64,000 nucleotides of DNA from a virus, in the IMG/VR virus record IMGVR_UViG_3300006802_000076, positions 30,498 to 94,497 of that record, one strand, 5' to 3'. Made by a program: the position numbers and the translations under genes. Positions 48,106-57,825 of the stretch are shown here, one piece after another. Each line of letters starts with the position of its first letter. The first letter of the stretch is position 1. The notes beneath the pieces were generated by a model. That model saw nothing but the letters and a program-made list of their open reading frames with translations. It did not search any database and was not told where the DNA came from.

Positions 48106-48333
48106 ATGACTGGTAACTGTTTCATTTGCAACTGTGACATTGTTCTTGATTGGGAAGGGCTTCGCTCACCTTTTGAAAAGATTGAAGATCCGGTGAAAGG
48201 TATCGCTTTCACTTTTGCGGTTGGGTATGGTTCTCGTCATGATGGCAAGTATGGTCAGATTGTCATTTGTGATGATTGCTTTGCTGATCGTACTGATCGT
48301 GTTCACAATCTCCGTGATTACTTGGAATACTGA
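48106..48333 (+). CDS. Zn-finger hypothetical protein
   Basis: CFIC...GYGSRHD...ICDDC. Confidence 0.65.
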   Translation: MTGNCFICNCDIVLDWEGLRSPFEKIEDPVKGIAFTFAVGYGSRHDGKYGQIVICDDCFADRTDRVHNLRDYLEY

Positions 48334-48345
48334 AAGGGAAATGAA

Positions 48346-48588
48346 ATGAATCAGAAGAAGTTCTGTGGCGAAATCGTGTATGACAAGACTGGTAATCAGT
48401 ATTGGGTACACTCAGACATCTGCCATTGCTGCGGTTGTGGTGATGGTGAAACGGTTCCGGAATTGACTGAAGAAGAGATCCAGTTTTTCTTGGCAAATTG
48501 CGAAGAGTGGTTGCGTAAGGGAAAAGGTTCCGGTTATTTCTGGCTGGGCGATGTGGAAGCTTTGAAGGAGGCTTTTGGAGATGAGTGA
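48346..48588 (+). CDS. Hypothetical protein
   Basis: GAAAGGG SD; CHCCGC. Confidence 0.6.
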   Translation: MNQKKFCGEIVYDKTGNQYWVHSDICHCCGCGDGETVPELTEEEIQFFLANCEEWLRKGKGSGYFWLGDVEALKEAFGDE

Positions 48589-48769
48589 GAGTTTGGCTAC
48601 TGTTTATGGTGTTGAGTTGAGAACTCGTATCCATATCGGTGTTGGTCACGATGTTGTTTCGGATGACGATTTCGCTGACTTGTTGGAAAAGATTCAGATG
48701 GTTATTGATGACGATCCTAACTTTGAGGTTCTGTATATCAACCATGATTTTCGTCAGATTGGAGAGTGA
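48581..48769 (+). CDS. Hypothetical protein
   Basis: Coupled ORF. Confidence 0.55.
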   Translation: MSESLATVYGVELRTRIHIGVGHDVVSDDDFADLLEKIQMVIDDDPNFEVLYINHDFRQIGE

Positions 48770-49179
48770 AAATGATTGATTACGATGCTGTTGAAGATGA
48801 TTTTCAGAATCAAGTGAATAGGTATGAGGATGAGATGATCAATCATCTGATGCAAGCAATGAGTGACGGTGATGTTGCAAATTGCAAGCTGGTTTACGAT
48901 TGGCAAATTTGCAATGTTTGTCGTGGCAATGGTGGTCATTCTCGTCGTCTTGGTGTTATTTCTCAAGAAATCATTGATGATTGGGATGATGACGATTTGG
49001 ACTATTACATGTCTGGTGGGTATGATCAGATTTGTGAGCGTTGTGATGGTTCAGGCAAAGTAAAAGAATTGAATCTTAAAGCCCTTCCTGAAGATGTTTT
49101 GTTGTGGATTATCAAATATCGGGATGATTCATATAACTCTGCTTACATGACTCGTAGTGAAAGGATGATGGGAGCGTGA
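48766..49179 (+). CDS. DnaJ-type zinc-finger motif protein
   Basis: CNVCRGNG and CERCDGSG. Confidence 0.65.
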   Translation: MKMIDYDAVEDDFQNQVNRYEDEMINHLMQAMSDGDVANCKLVYDWQICNVCRGNGGHSRRLGVISQEIIDDWDDDDLDYYMSGGYDQICERCDGSGKVKELNLKALPEDVLLWIIKYRDDSYNSAYMTRSERMMGA

Positions 49180-49364
49180 AGCGTCTGGTTTTTTATGTCG
49201 ATATCTGTAGCGGTACTTTTGGTTTAGCTGATGATATTGTTCTTGTTGATGCTACTGAATGGAGTGAAAACGAAGTAGAAAATTTTACTATTATGACGGA
49301 TGAAGATCGTTCTGCTTTTGCAAATGATTTTGCTTTGGCTCAATTTGATAAGTTTGGAGAATGA
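49176..49364 (+). CDS. Acidic hypothetical protein
   Basis: Coupled ORF. Confidence 0.55.
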   Translation: MKRLVFYVDICSGTFGLADDIVLVDATEWSENEVENFTIMTDEDRSAFANDFALAQFDKFGE

Positions 49365-49627
49365 CAATGGGTGTTGATAACGGTTTCGAGAAGGTTAGTG
49401 GTGGCATCATGATTACTGGTGACGGTATTGATGCTTATCGTTTGATGGCTTTGATCAAAGCTTTGGAGATTGAGATTCGTACTGGTATGAAGATGAATCG
49501 TGGTATGTCCTGTCTGAAGATTGCTCAGATCCAATATGGTGTCAAAGCTAAGCGAAAGAAGGATGCTGTTATTGAGTTGAAGAAGATTTTCAATCAGTTC
49601 TGTGAGCAGGAGTTTTATAAGGTATGA
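49361..49627 (+). CDS. Hypothetical protein
   Basis: 'LEIEIRTGMKMNRG'. Confidence 0.65.
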   Translation: MTMGVDNGFEKVSGGIMITGDGIDAYRLMALIKALEIEIRTGMKMNRGMSCLKIAQIQYGVKAKRKKDAVIELKKIFNQFCEQEFYKV

Positions 49628-49983
49628 AGCGTGTGAAATGCATTGGTTGTGACAACAATGTGAATCCACCTTTTACTGTTTGTAAGTCTTGTGCTTATAA
49701 GGATGAGACTCGTCGTAGTCTTGGTATCGGTATTGCTGCTGATTACCAGTTGGGTGATGATCCTATTTTGAACGGCCTTTGTTTTCTTCATGCTTGTGGC
49801 GTTTTGGATGCTTTTCTTGAAAATGCCTACTCTGGTGTTTCTGCTTTCATTGATTCAGCAAAGCCTCTGAATTTGGTTGGTGAGGATTCTATTGATGACT
49901 CTGTTTTGTCAACATATGATGAATTGCCTTATGACAGGGTTGATCTGAAGCTTTTCACACGTTTTGGATGGAAGGACAGGTGA
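49624..49983 (+). CDS. Hypothetical protein (CxxC...CxxC)
   Basis: Coupled ORF. Confidence 0.6.
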   Translation: MKRVKCIGCDNNVNPPFTVCKSCAYKDETRRSLGIGIAADYQLGDDPILNGLCFLHACGVLDAFLENAYSGVSAFIDSAKPLNLVGEDSIDDSVLSTYDELPYDRVDLKLFTRFGWKDR

Positions 49984-49989
49984 TTTTTT

Positions 49990-50130
49990 ATGAATGATAC
50001 TTTTGTGTGTCTTAATTGTGGTGAGTTTTTTGATGAGCGACCTTTTGAAAACGAATGCCCTGTTTGTTTTGAATCGGTAATTGTGAGTGAGTATTACTAC
50101 GAAACTTCGATTGGAGAAGATGATGATTGA
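49990..50130 (+). CDS. Rubredoxin-like Zn-ribbon peptide (46 aa, not in ORF track)
   Basis: FVCLNCG...ECPVC. Confidence 0.55.
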   Translation: MNDTFVCLNCGEFFDERPFENECPVCFESVIVSEYYYETSIGEDDD

Positions 50131-50398
50131 GATTCCTTTTACTGATGAAGAGTTGTCCACTATCTATCAGTCTTTGCTTTTGCATGATGAGAAGAAGAGG
50201 CTTGATGTGATTGAATTACAGAATATTGTAGATATGTTGAGGGATGGCAAAGAGGTTCCTCTTTTTGCTGAAGGTGAAAGTGGTGCTCTTGCTGCCGAAG
50301 GTCTTATTGATTGGCATCGTTCTGACCGTGTTCGTATCAATAAGATTCTTGATACGATTGAATCGTATCGTTTTGGAGACTATCAAAACAATGAGTGA
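50120..50398 (+). CDS. Hypothetical protein
   Basis: GGAG SD. Confidence 0.6.
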   Translation: MMIEIPFTDEELSTIYQSLLLHDEKKRLDVIELQNIVDMLRDGKEVPLFAEGESGALAAEGLIDWHRSDRVRINKILDTIESYRFGDYQNNE

Positions 50399-50630
50399 GA
50401 TTGAGTTTCGTGATCGAACTGTGTATATTGATATCGATGATTTGAATGATCGTTTCAATTTTGATAACTATGATTGCGATGATTTGTTCATTATTGTGAA
50501 TAATGTATGTCGTTTCTCTATCCATAAAGAGAATGGCTACACTATGCCTGTCAATAAGTATAAGATTTACAATTCTAATGGGTTTGTGAAAAGCGAGATT
50601 GTGGAGATTTGCGATGACTGTGATTCCTGA
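50391..50630 (+). CDS. Hypothetical protein
   Basis: Coupled ORF. Confidence 0.55.
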   Translation: MSEIEFRDRTVYIDIDDLNDRFNFDNYDCDDLFIIVNNVCRFSIHKENGYTMPVNKYKIYNSNGFVKSEIVEICDDCDS

Positions 50631-51339
50631 TGATGTGATTATCGAAAAGGCTAAGCAAAGCCTTACTCGCCCTGATGATTTCGGTTGGTGGGGTCGTGAT
50701 GAAATGTTTGTTACTTGGGGTTTTGCTGGTATCAATCTTCGTTTGAATGCTGGTGATATTCTTGAAGAGTCCAACTTTCATGTGATCACTAATGATCTGA
50801 TGAACAAGTATCCTGATGATTTTCAGATTGTTGGTTGTAATCATTGGGCTTGGGGTTCGATGGATCAATTGACTGTTCGTGTCTTGAATGGTGAAGTCAA
50901 TCATGATGATATCCATATTGAAGATGTGACTGCTGCTTTTGCTGCTTTGCTTGAATGGCATGATGCTTTGGCTGATTATCCTGTTGCTGATGAAATGGAT
51001 TTCTCTGAGAGAGAGTATGAATCTATTCATAAGTGGACGATGGATGAGTTGAATCGTCTTGATGATTGCGTTCATATTGACACTTCACTTGAGGAAATGG
51101 CTTCTGATATCATCACGTTTGTTCATGATTCGCGTGGTTGGTGTGCTGATGAAGAGCCTCCTACTGAAGATGAAATTTATGAGTTTGCTTTTGAGCATGG
51201 TCTTTGCAAGTTTGATGAGGTTGACTTTTGGGTTGACTGGTGTGAGTCGAAACGCAAAACGATTGTTTGGAATCATTACACAAATCTTGGTGGTAAGAAG
51301 CAGGAAATTCCTGGTCAGTTGCAGATGGAGTTCAAGTGA
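50614..51339 (+). CDS. Acidic conserved phage protein
   Basis: 'LEESNF...HWAWG...LADYPVADE.DFS'. Confidence 0.7.
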   Translation: MTVIPDDVIIEKAKQSLTRPDDFGWWGRDEMFVTWGFAGINLRLNAGDILEESNFHVITNDLMNKYPDDFQIVGCNHWAWGSMDQLTVRVLNGEVNHDDIHIEDVTAAFAALLEWHDALADYPVADEMDFSEREYESIHKWTMDELNRLDDCVHIDTSLEEMASDIITFVHDSRGWCADEEPPTEDEIYEFAFEHGLCKFDEVDFWVDWCESKRKTIVWNHYTNLGGKKQEIPGQLQMEFK

Positions 51340-51623
51340 TGATTGAGTTCCCTGTTCTTATTGGTCCTGAGTATTATGATAACTATACTGGTGATCTTCC
51401 TTGGGCTGGTTTGATTATTGAGTTTGATGCTCCTATTGAATGCCCTGGTTGTGGTGAGAATATTGGTGCTTATCTGAAGACTTTTGACAATGAGTGGGGT
51501 GGCGGAGTTGAGCGTCCCGTTCTTGATTACTATTACATTATTGATGATAAGCCTTCTTACCTTTGTGAGCATTGTTTTAGTGCTGAGACATTTTATCAGG
51601 GTATGAATGAAGTACCGTTTTAA
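51336..51623 (+). CDS. Zn-finger hypothetical protein
   Basis: CPGC...LCEHC. Confidence 0.6.
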   Translation: MMIEFPVLIGPEYYDNYTGDLPWAGLIIEFDAPIECPGCGENIGAYLKTFDNEWGGGVERPVLDYYYIIDDKPSYLCEHCFSAETFYQGMNEVPF

Positions 51624-52047
51624 ATCATATAGTTACGATAGTGAGTATGTGTCTTGTAAGGATTTTTCTTTCTTGACGCTTGCTGGGAAAGTTGCTTCTT
51701 TGTCTGAACATCATCGTTTCCGTTTGGGTGCTGTTGTTGTGAAGAGTGGTCGTGTTCTTTCTCAGGGCGTGAATGTTGCGAAAAAGGGTCCGGATACACC
51801 TCCTTTTCGTGAAAGTGTTCATGCTGAAGTGAATGCTATGCGTGGTGTGAATGGTATTGAGGGTGCAACTGTTTATGTTGCTCGCCTGGATGCTTGTGAT
51901 GACTTGGTTATGGCAAAACCTTGCGAGTATTGCATTACGCATATGAAGAATAATTTTGTTAGAAGAGTTGTGTTCAGTACAAACAATAATGATGCTGAGT
52001 CTTTTTATTTAGATTCGGTTTCTTGGAATGGAGTAAAGTATGAGTAA
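51607..52047 (+). CDS. Zn-dependent cytidine/dCMP deaminase family protein
   Basis: 'RLGAVVV', HAE, PCEYC. Confidence 0.85.
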   Translation: MKYRFKSYSYDSEYVSCKDFSFLTLAGKVASLSEHHRFRLGAVVVKSGRVLSQGVNVAKKGPDTPPFRESVHAEVNAMRGVNGIEGATVYVARLDACDDLVMAKPCEYCITHMKNNFVRRVVFSTNNNDAESFYLDSVSWNGVKYE

Positions 52048-52345
52048 GCGTGAAGAAAAGCTTTATAAGCATTTTGTTTCTAAAGGGAGGGAGGATGCTA
52101 AGAATAAAGTTCAAGCTATCTTTGATGAGCTATGCAATGTCCTTGAAAGTATGGGTTTCACACAAGATTGTAGTGATCTGATTGCTGTCAAAACTTTTTT
52201 GCATCGCAATACTGAGCATGAGTCTTATAGTTCTGCTTTGAGTCTTTATAATGAAATGATAAAAGCCTCTATCTCGTTGAGGCCGATGGCAAGATATGTT
52301 GTTCGTGAATCTTCTAGTTTGATTAGTGGAAAGGCAGTGAAGTGA
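52040..52345 (+). CDS. Hypothetical protein
   Basis: Coupled ORF. Confidence 0.6.
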   Translation: MSKREEKLYKHFVSKGREDAKNKVQAIFDELCNVLESMGFTQDCSDLIAVKTFLHRNTEHESYSSALSLYNEMIKASISLRPMARYVVRESSSLISGKAVK

Positions 52346-52815
52346 TGAGTGATTATGATCGTTATGATTGGGATACGAGTGATCCTAGACAGCATTGTCG
52401 TCATGGTAAATTTATTGGATCTTGGTGGGGTCCAGATATTCTTTGCGGGCAATGTGAATCTGGTGAAGAAGATCCAAGCATCAATGATATGATTCAGGTT
52501 TATTACGACATGATTGATCGTAAGCGAATTGAGAATCAGGCTATCGTTGATTTTGTTGGTGATCTTGGTAAGGTGATGCCTAAAGACTTGGATAAGTCTT
52601 TTCTTGGGCAGGCGTTTATTGATCATATGAATGGTAGCGATTCTGCTATCAAGGCTTATAAGGAAAAGATTCAGGAAACTATCGATTATTTCGGTCAGTT
52701 CACTGATGATTATGATGATCACAATGTGTTGTATCTGGCGCATCGTGCTCAGATTGAAGAATACGATCAGTTCGTCAATGATATGAAGGAGATGGAAAGT
52801 GTTCAATTTGACTGA
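52342..52815 (+). CDS. Hypothetical protein (CRH...CGQC)
   Basis: Coupled ORF. Confidence 0.65.
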   Translation: MMSDYDRYDWDTSDPRQHCRHGKFIGSWWGPDILCGQCESGEEDPSINDMIQVYYDMIDRKRIENQAIVDFVGDLGKVMPKDLDKSFLGQAFIDHMNGSDSAIKAYKEKIQETIDYFGQFTDDYDDHNVLYLAHRAQIEEYDQFVNDMKEMESVQFD

Positions 52816-52981
52816 CCGTGAAGTGTATATGGTGAAGCTTTTGATTAAGCATTGGAATGCTACACCTCATGATCAAAGTTTGTTTATGTCTGATGAGCGG
52901 ATTGATGCTTTGAATTGCAGTCTTGATGCTTATCTTGATAAGTTGATGTACCAGGCCGCTGAAAGAATGGGAGAAAGCTAA
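52799..52981 (+). CDS. Hypothetical protein
   Basis: Coupled ORF. Confidence 0.5.
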   Translation: MFNLTDREVYMVKLLIKHWNATPHDQSLFMSDERIDALNCSLDAYLDKLMYQAAERMGES

Positions 52982-53655
52982 TGCCAAATTGGTGTCAGAA
53001 TGAAACGTTTGTCTACGGCAAGACGGAAAATGTTGCCGATTTTATGTTGCCATTTTCTAATGGCAATGTTTTTGATACTATGTCCGACTTCTGCTTTTTG
53101 AAGCATTATGCTCCTTGTCCTGAAGCATTGCTTTCGTTTAGCGCTGTTGTTAACCCTGATGAAGTCATTCCTGAAGGTTGGAGTATCCTTGTTGAGGATG
53201 GCACTTGGACTCAGGATGAGTATGATGAGAGTGTTGCTAATTTCTTGAGTGATCGGGAAATCGCTAGAAAAAACAGAGAGCGGTATGGTTATACTGGATG
53301 GTATGACTGGTGCGTTGATAATTGGGGTTCAAAGTGGGGTATGTGCGATACCACTTGTGGTGGTTTGTATTACGAAAACTCCTCTAATCAAGTTTATGCT
53401 AATGTTTATATTTCTTACGATACTGCATGGAGTCCTATTACTGTAGGAATTGAGCGTGTTTCGCTTTTGTTTCCAAACCTTATCTTTACTACGTTTTATG
53501 AAGAGCATGGTATGGGGTTTGCCGGCGTTCATCAGGTTGCTGATGGTGAAGTGATTAGAGATGATTGTTCGGATTTGATTCCTGCTTCTGATGATTACAG
53601 TTTCATCATGGATGGCATGGATGAACAGTATGTTGATACTATTGTGAACAAGTGA
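52981..53655 (+). CDS. DUF1281/YubB ferredoxin-like domain protein
   Basis: 'MPNWCQN', 'WYDWCVDNWGSKW', 'DTAWSP', 'E.GM.FAG'. Confidence 0.8.
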   Translation: MPNWCQNETFVYGKTENVADFMLPFSNGNVFDTMSDFCFLKHYAPCPEALLSFSAVVNPDEVIPEGWSILVEDGTWTQDEYDESVANFLSDREIARKNRERYGYTGWYDWCVDNWGSKWGMCDTTCGGLYYENSSNQVYANVYISYDTAWSPITVGIERVSLLFPNLIFTTFYEEHGMGFAGVHQVADGEVIRDDCSDLIPASDDYSFIMDGMDEQYVDTIVNK

Positions 53656-53662
53656 GGTTGAA

Positions 53663-54058
53663 ATGAACAATTTTGAAGAAGATATGATGAAGTCTTACAA
53701 TGAGTCTAGGACTAGGATTCCTGATGGGGTTCTTGATACAACTCCATTTGTTACTATTCTTAAAAGCCTATCAGAAGTGATTACATCAAGTGAGTATAAA
53801 GAAAACGAATCTCTGTTGCTTTTGAGAGCTATCTCATTGTGTGTTAAGAACTACTCTACAGATACTCCTGAATTTGATATTGATTCTGAAGAGGCGATGG
53901 GGGTTTTGACTGCTCTGTGCTTTATTGCCACTTCGATTCTAAAAGTTGGAGAGGCTGCTAATGATGATTTTGCAAACCTTTACAATCACTATCTAATCAA
54001 TAGTTTTCTTCCAGAAATCACAGCGAATAGCGCAGCGGTGCCATATTGGGATGAGTGA
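53663..54058 (+). CDS. Hypothetical protein
   Basis: GAGG SD. Confidence 0.6.
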   Translation: MNNFEEDMMKSYNESRTRIPDGVLDTTPFVTILKSLSEVITSSEYKENESLLLLRAISLCVKNYSTDTPEFDIDSEEAMGVLTALCFIATSILKVGEAANDDFANLYNHYLINSFLPEITANSAAVPYWDE

Positions 54059-54344
54059 TAATAACGATTGGGCAGCGGAAGCATCATGCAAAGGTATGAT
54101 AGATTTGTTTTATCCCGATGAGGATGACGCTGAGTACCGAAAGAAAATTTTCAAAGCTAAATCGCTTTGTACTAATTGTCCAGTAAAAGTATCTTGTTTG
54201 ACTCACGCTGTTATCCGTGGTGAATCACATGGTGTATGGGGTGGTATGACTTTCAGACAGATTTCTAGGCTTAGGAATCAGATAGGGGTCAGAAATGAAG
54301 ATTATGTCAGTAAATACATTGAGCAGAAAGTTTTTAATGTTTGA
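54051..54344 (+). CDS. whiB: WhiB family transcription factor
   Basis: 'WAAEASC...AKSLCTNCPVKVSCL...GVWGG'. Confidence 0.92.
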   Translation: MSDNNDWAAEASCKGMIDLFYPDEDDAEYRKKIFKAKSLCTNCPVKVSCLTHAVIRGESHGVWGGMTFRQISRLRNQIGVRNEDYVSKYIEQKVFNV

Positions 54345-54669
54345 TCATAGCGATTTTGATGATATTGTTGGTAGCATTTCGAATGCTGAATCTGTTCCTG
54401 ATGGAGACTTTTCATCCTTCAAAGATATATTTGAGCAGTTCGCAAATAATCTAGTTATGTCTGATTTTGAATCAAATGAGGGGAGGGCTAGATTTATGAT
54501 GACAAGTTTGAATACTATGTTTGGCAATAACTATCAATTGGATGTAGATAGGGTTTCTGATGTCATCATGAGTATGGCAACTCATCTTAGTATTGCTGTT
54601 TCTTTTATCGGTGATAAAGAAAGCTATCGTTCTTATCTTATGGATAATCCGTTGGATGGTTTGAATTGA
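54337..54669 (+). CDS. Hypothetical protein
   Basis: Coupled ORF. Confidence 0.6.
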   Translation: MFDHSDFDDIVGSISNAESVPDGDFSSFKDIFEQFANNLVMSDFESNEGRARFMMTSLNTMFGNNYQLDVDRVSDVIMSMATHLSIAVSFIGDKESYRSYLMDNPLDGLN

Positions 54670-54771
54670 TGAGTGATGATAATGAATTAATGTTTGAATC
54701 GTTTATAACTCCTGCTGAAGTTCGTAAACGACTGAATATAACTGTCTCTACAGTCCCTGTTAGAGTAAAGG

Positions 54772-54978
54772 ATGAAGATGTCGAAGAAGACACCTAGTTA
54801 TGTTATCAAGTATTTCTTCGCTAGAGGGTATGCTGATCGGGTTCAGAATATTGAATCAGAGGCACCTTGTAGTGAAGTGAATGATTATTATATCGAAATT
54901 ACCGGTGTAAATGTTGTTGATCAATACAATGAAGGCTATGCAGCCGCTGAGAAAGATAGGGTGAATGGAATTGTCTGA
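54772..54978 (+). CDS. Hypothetical protein
   Basis: 'RGYAD...YNEGY'. Confidence 0.55.
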   Translation: MKMSKKTPSYVIKYFFARGYADRVQNIESEAPCSEVNDYYIEITGVNVVDQYNEGYAAAEKDRVNGIV

Positions 54979-55327
54979 GCAAACTTGTTCCCAAAGAATC
55001 AATGACCATCTTGCTGGTCGTGAAGAGTTTCTTGATTCTCTTTACGATGCTATTGATAACAATACAGAGCATGATGAGATTTCAGATCCGGCAGACTTCT
55101 TGAATTGCGAATTTGCTTTGGATCTTGAAAAGATGATGGTTGCGAAGATCCTTTTGTCAACTGGTGGTCCTGGTGATTGGATTGAAGCATTCTATGATGA
55201 AGAGTGTGTTTATCGTGTTGAGTACCATTTCAATGATTGGTTTGATCACGCTAAAGTCACTGTGTCAGAAGATAGTTCTCTTTGGCGTTATGCCGAAGAG
55301 ATGGTCGAAATTCTCCGTTATAGCTGA
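54965..55327 (+). CDS. Conserved acidic phage protein
   Basis: 'LLSTGGPGD...YHFNDWFD'. Confidence 0.7.
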   Translation: MELSEQTCSQRINDHLAGREEFLDSLYDAIDNNTEHDEISDPADFLNCEFALDLEKMMVAKILLSTGGPGDWIEAFYDEECVYRVEYHFNDWFDHAKVTVSEDSSLWRYAEEMVEILRYS

Positions 55328-55341
55328 AAGAAAGCAGAACA

Positions 55342-56037
55342 ATGTCAGAATTTAATTTCAATGCAAGCTTTGATCTTACAGAGCTAATCAATGTTCTAAA
55401 TCAGGAATACGATTTCACTCGTATCACTGATGAAGTCCTTGATGAAATCGACTACGATCAGATCAAGAGTGATGTTCTTTCGGATATTGATTACGATCAA
55501 ATCAAGAATGATGTGATTGAAGATATCGATACCGATGAGATTGCTAACATTGTAAAGTCTGAGATCGATTATGATTCCATCATTGATGATGTGAAGTCGA
55601 ATCTTGATTACGGTGATATTTGGTATGAGATTGAGGGTTATGCTACAGGTGCCTTTTCTGATGCCACTATGACAGAAATTGAATCATTGCTGGATTCGTA
55701 TGTTCCTGGCAATGGATGTCGTACCGGCAATCTTTTCACTTCTGCTGTCAATGAGGCTATCAGGTTCCTTTTGAAGGATGATCTTGAACTGTTTAGTTTG
55801 ATTGGCAATGCTGAAGTTGAAGAAGATGAAACTGTTGAGGAATTTGCTCCTCCTGCGGTTCCTGAAATTCCTACTGAGTTGGTCAATCTTTACACTCGTC
55901 CTGATGTTCTAACAATTGTTGACGAGGTTGCTCGTAGAGTTAGTGATCGTACTGGTTCTGCAACTCAGTATGAGTTGCGTGTTATGATGCAAGATGCAGT
56001 TATTGCAATTCTCAATGAGAGGGGTAACAATGCCTAA
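55342..56037 (+). CDS. Highly acidic protein with 13-aa repeats
   Basis: Five I..DV..DIDYD. units. Confidence 0.75.
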   Translation: MSEFNFNASFDLTELINVLNQEYDFTRITDEVLDEIDYDQIKSDVLSDIDYDQIKNDVIEDIDTDEIANIVKSEIDYDSIIDDVKSNLDYGDIWYEIEGYATGAFSDATMTEIESLLDSYVPGNGCRTGNLFTSAVNEAIRFLLKDDLELFSLIGNAEVEEDETVEEFAPPAVPEIPTELVNLYTRPDVLTIVDEVARRVSDRTGSATQYELRVMMQDAVIAILNERGNNA

Positions 56038-57682
56038 GTATATCCGTATCAGAAACGTCTTCAATGACGATCAGATTATCTCCAGAATTTCTCTGGAAAA
56101 GCTTGGCCTTTCAACTAAGCGTGACAATCCTGATACCATTGGCAAGTTTGGTAGCGGTATCAAGTTTGCTCCCATTGCTGCCTTGCGTAATGGATGGGAG
56201 TGGTGGTTCATGGGCAACGATAATCGTGGTCTTTACAATATGCAGTATGTCGTTCGTGATGAAGACGGCATTGATTGCATTTGGTATGACTATGGCGATG
56301 AGTTGAAGCCTTCGTCTTTTACTGTTGGTGCTGGTGAACTTTCTTGGACTGATCCTTTCCAGATTATTCGTGAGCCTATCGCTAATGCTATGGATGCGGC
56401 TAATGAGATCGGCGGCTTCTGGGATATTGAGGTTGTTGATTCGGTAGGTTGTGCTGTTGCGAATGAGTTCAATATCTATATTTCTGCCGCACCTCAATTG
56501 ATGGATATTGTCAATAACATCGGCAAGTATTTCTCAACAAATCGTGAGAGGCTTTACTCTAGCGCTTCTGGACGGAATGAAGTTCTTGCTAAGATTGATG
56601 ACAATCTTAGGATTTATTCTCATGATGTTCTTGTGTATGTAAGCGATGATAAGAAGTCTTTGTTCGACTACTCGTTGAACGCTATCGCATTGAATGAGGA
56701 AAGAACTATCAAGTCGGAGTGGGAGATGTGTATGCGTATCGCTAACTCTCTTGCTTCTCTTCCAGAGAATCTTGTCAAGAAGGTAATCAATGCCTTTACT
56801 AGCGCTAACGATTATTTTGAGTTCCATGAAAATATTTTGACTTATATCCCCGGTAATGAATCGGGTTGGTCATCGGATTGGAATTCAATTTTTAAGCAGA
56901 TTCATGGCAAGAATGCTATCATCGTTGACCCATCAACTGGAGATAATGTTTTCAATGCTCTGAAGATGAGAAGTCTCAAACCTGTTGTTGCGGCCTCAGA
57001 CAATATCTTCAAGTTTGCTTGCAAAGCTAATGTCGATAACTATCTCGCTGCTCTTGGTGAGGATCATCAGTATGATATCTCTAATGATCTAAGCCAGTAT
57101 CCTAATCTGACTGAGGCTTTGTCTATTGCTAGACTTGCTGAGCCGGACCTGAATCAATATGCCGACAATATTGGTGTCGTTTTTGGTGATGCCGCTGATT
57201 GCGTTAAAGGTATGGTTGTCGGTTTGAATACCGATAAAGCCAGGATTCTCATCTCAGATGAGCATTTGCAAAATGCTTCTGTGTCGGATCTTGTTGCTAC
57301 TCTCATTCATGAGTACGATCATATTTCGACAGGTATCGGTGACGGTTATGGCGATGGTCCTGCGTTCAGGGATCTTGCTGATTCTCGTATCGGTAGAATG
57401 ATTGTGAAAAATTACAAGTCTTCACCGTTCACAATCGTCAACGGTATGCTAGGCTTCATGATTGCTGATGCGAATCTGATCGGAAATGATATTGATGGTG
57501 AGGTTGAGTATTCGTCTGTCTTTGATAGTTTGATCGTGAAGATCGGTGATTACAAGATTCTTGTCCAGGCCGAAGATGCTAATGACTTTTCATCTAGTGA
57601 GAAGTTGGAAGCTGCCTTCCAGGGTGAAGGTTTTGTTGGCTATCATGGCCTCGGCTATGTCAAATCTTTTCAGATTGTTTGA
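56030..57682 (+). CDS. GHKL-type ATPase domain fused to HExxH metallopeptidase-like motif
   Basis: 'LGLSTKR...IGKFGSGIK', 'IIREPIANAMD', 'TLIHEYDH'. Confidence 0.7.
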   Translation: MPKYIRIRNVFNDDQIISRISLEKLGLSTKRDNPDTIGKFGSGIKFAPIAALRNGWEWWFMGNDNRGLYNMQYVVRDEDGIDCIWYDYGDELKPSSFTVGAGELSWTDPFQIIREPIANAMDAANEIGGFWDIEVVDSVGCAVANEFNIYISAAPQLMDIVNNIGKYFSTNRERLYSSASGRNEVLAKIDDNLRIYSHDVLVYVSDDKKSLFDYSLNAIALNEERTIKSEWEMCMRIANSLASLPENLVKKVINAFTSANDYFEFHENILTYIPGNESGWSSDWNSIFKQIHGKNAIIVDPSTGDNVFNALKMRSLKPVVAASDNIFKFACKANVDNYLAALGEDHQYDISNDLSQYPNLTEALSIARLAEPDLNQYADNIGVVFGDAADCVKGMVVGLNTDKARILISDEHLQNASVSDLVATLIHEYDHISTGIGDGYGDGPAFRDLADSRIGRMIVKNYKSSPFTIVNGMLGFMIADANLIGNDIDGEVEYSSVFDSLIVKIGDYKILVQAEDANDFSSSEKLEAAFQGEGFVGYHGLGYVKSFQIV

Positions 57683-57693
57683 TTGGGGTTGGT

Positions 57694-57825
57694 ATGTATA
57701 TTTGGGAATTCAAACTCGTTAGATTTCTTGTCATCTTGTTTTGTATCATGTCTGCTCTAGCTGCCGCGCCTATTCTTATTCTTGGCGTTCTTGGTTTGCT
57801 AGGATTTATTTTCATTGGAGCGTAA
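57694..57825 (+). CDS. Small membrane protein (not in ORF track)
   Basis: Two hydrophobic segments; stop abuts next ATG. Confidence 0.5.
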   Translation: MYIWEFKLVRFLVILFCIMSALAAAPILILGVLGLLGFIFIGA

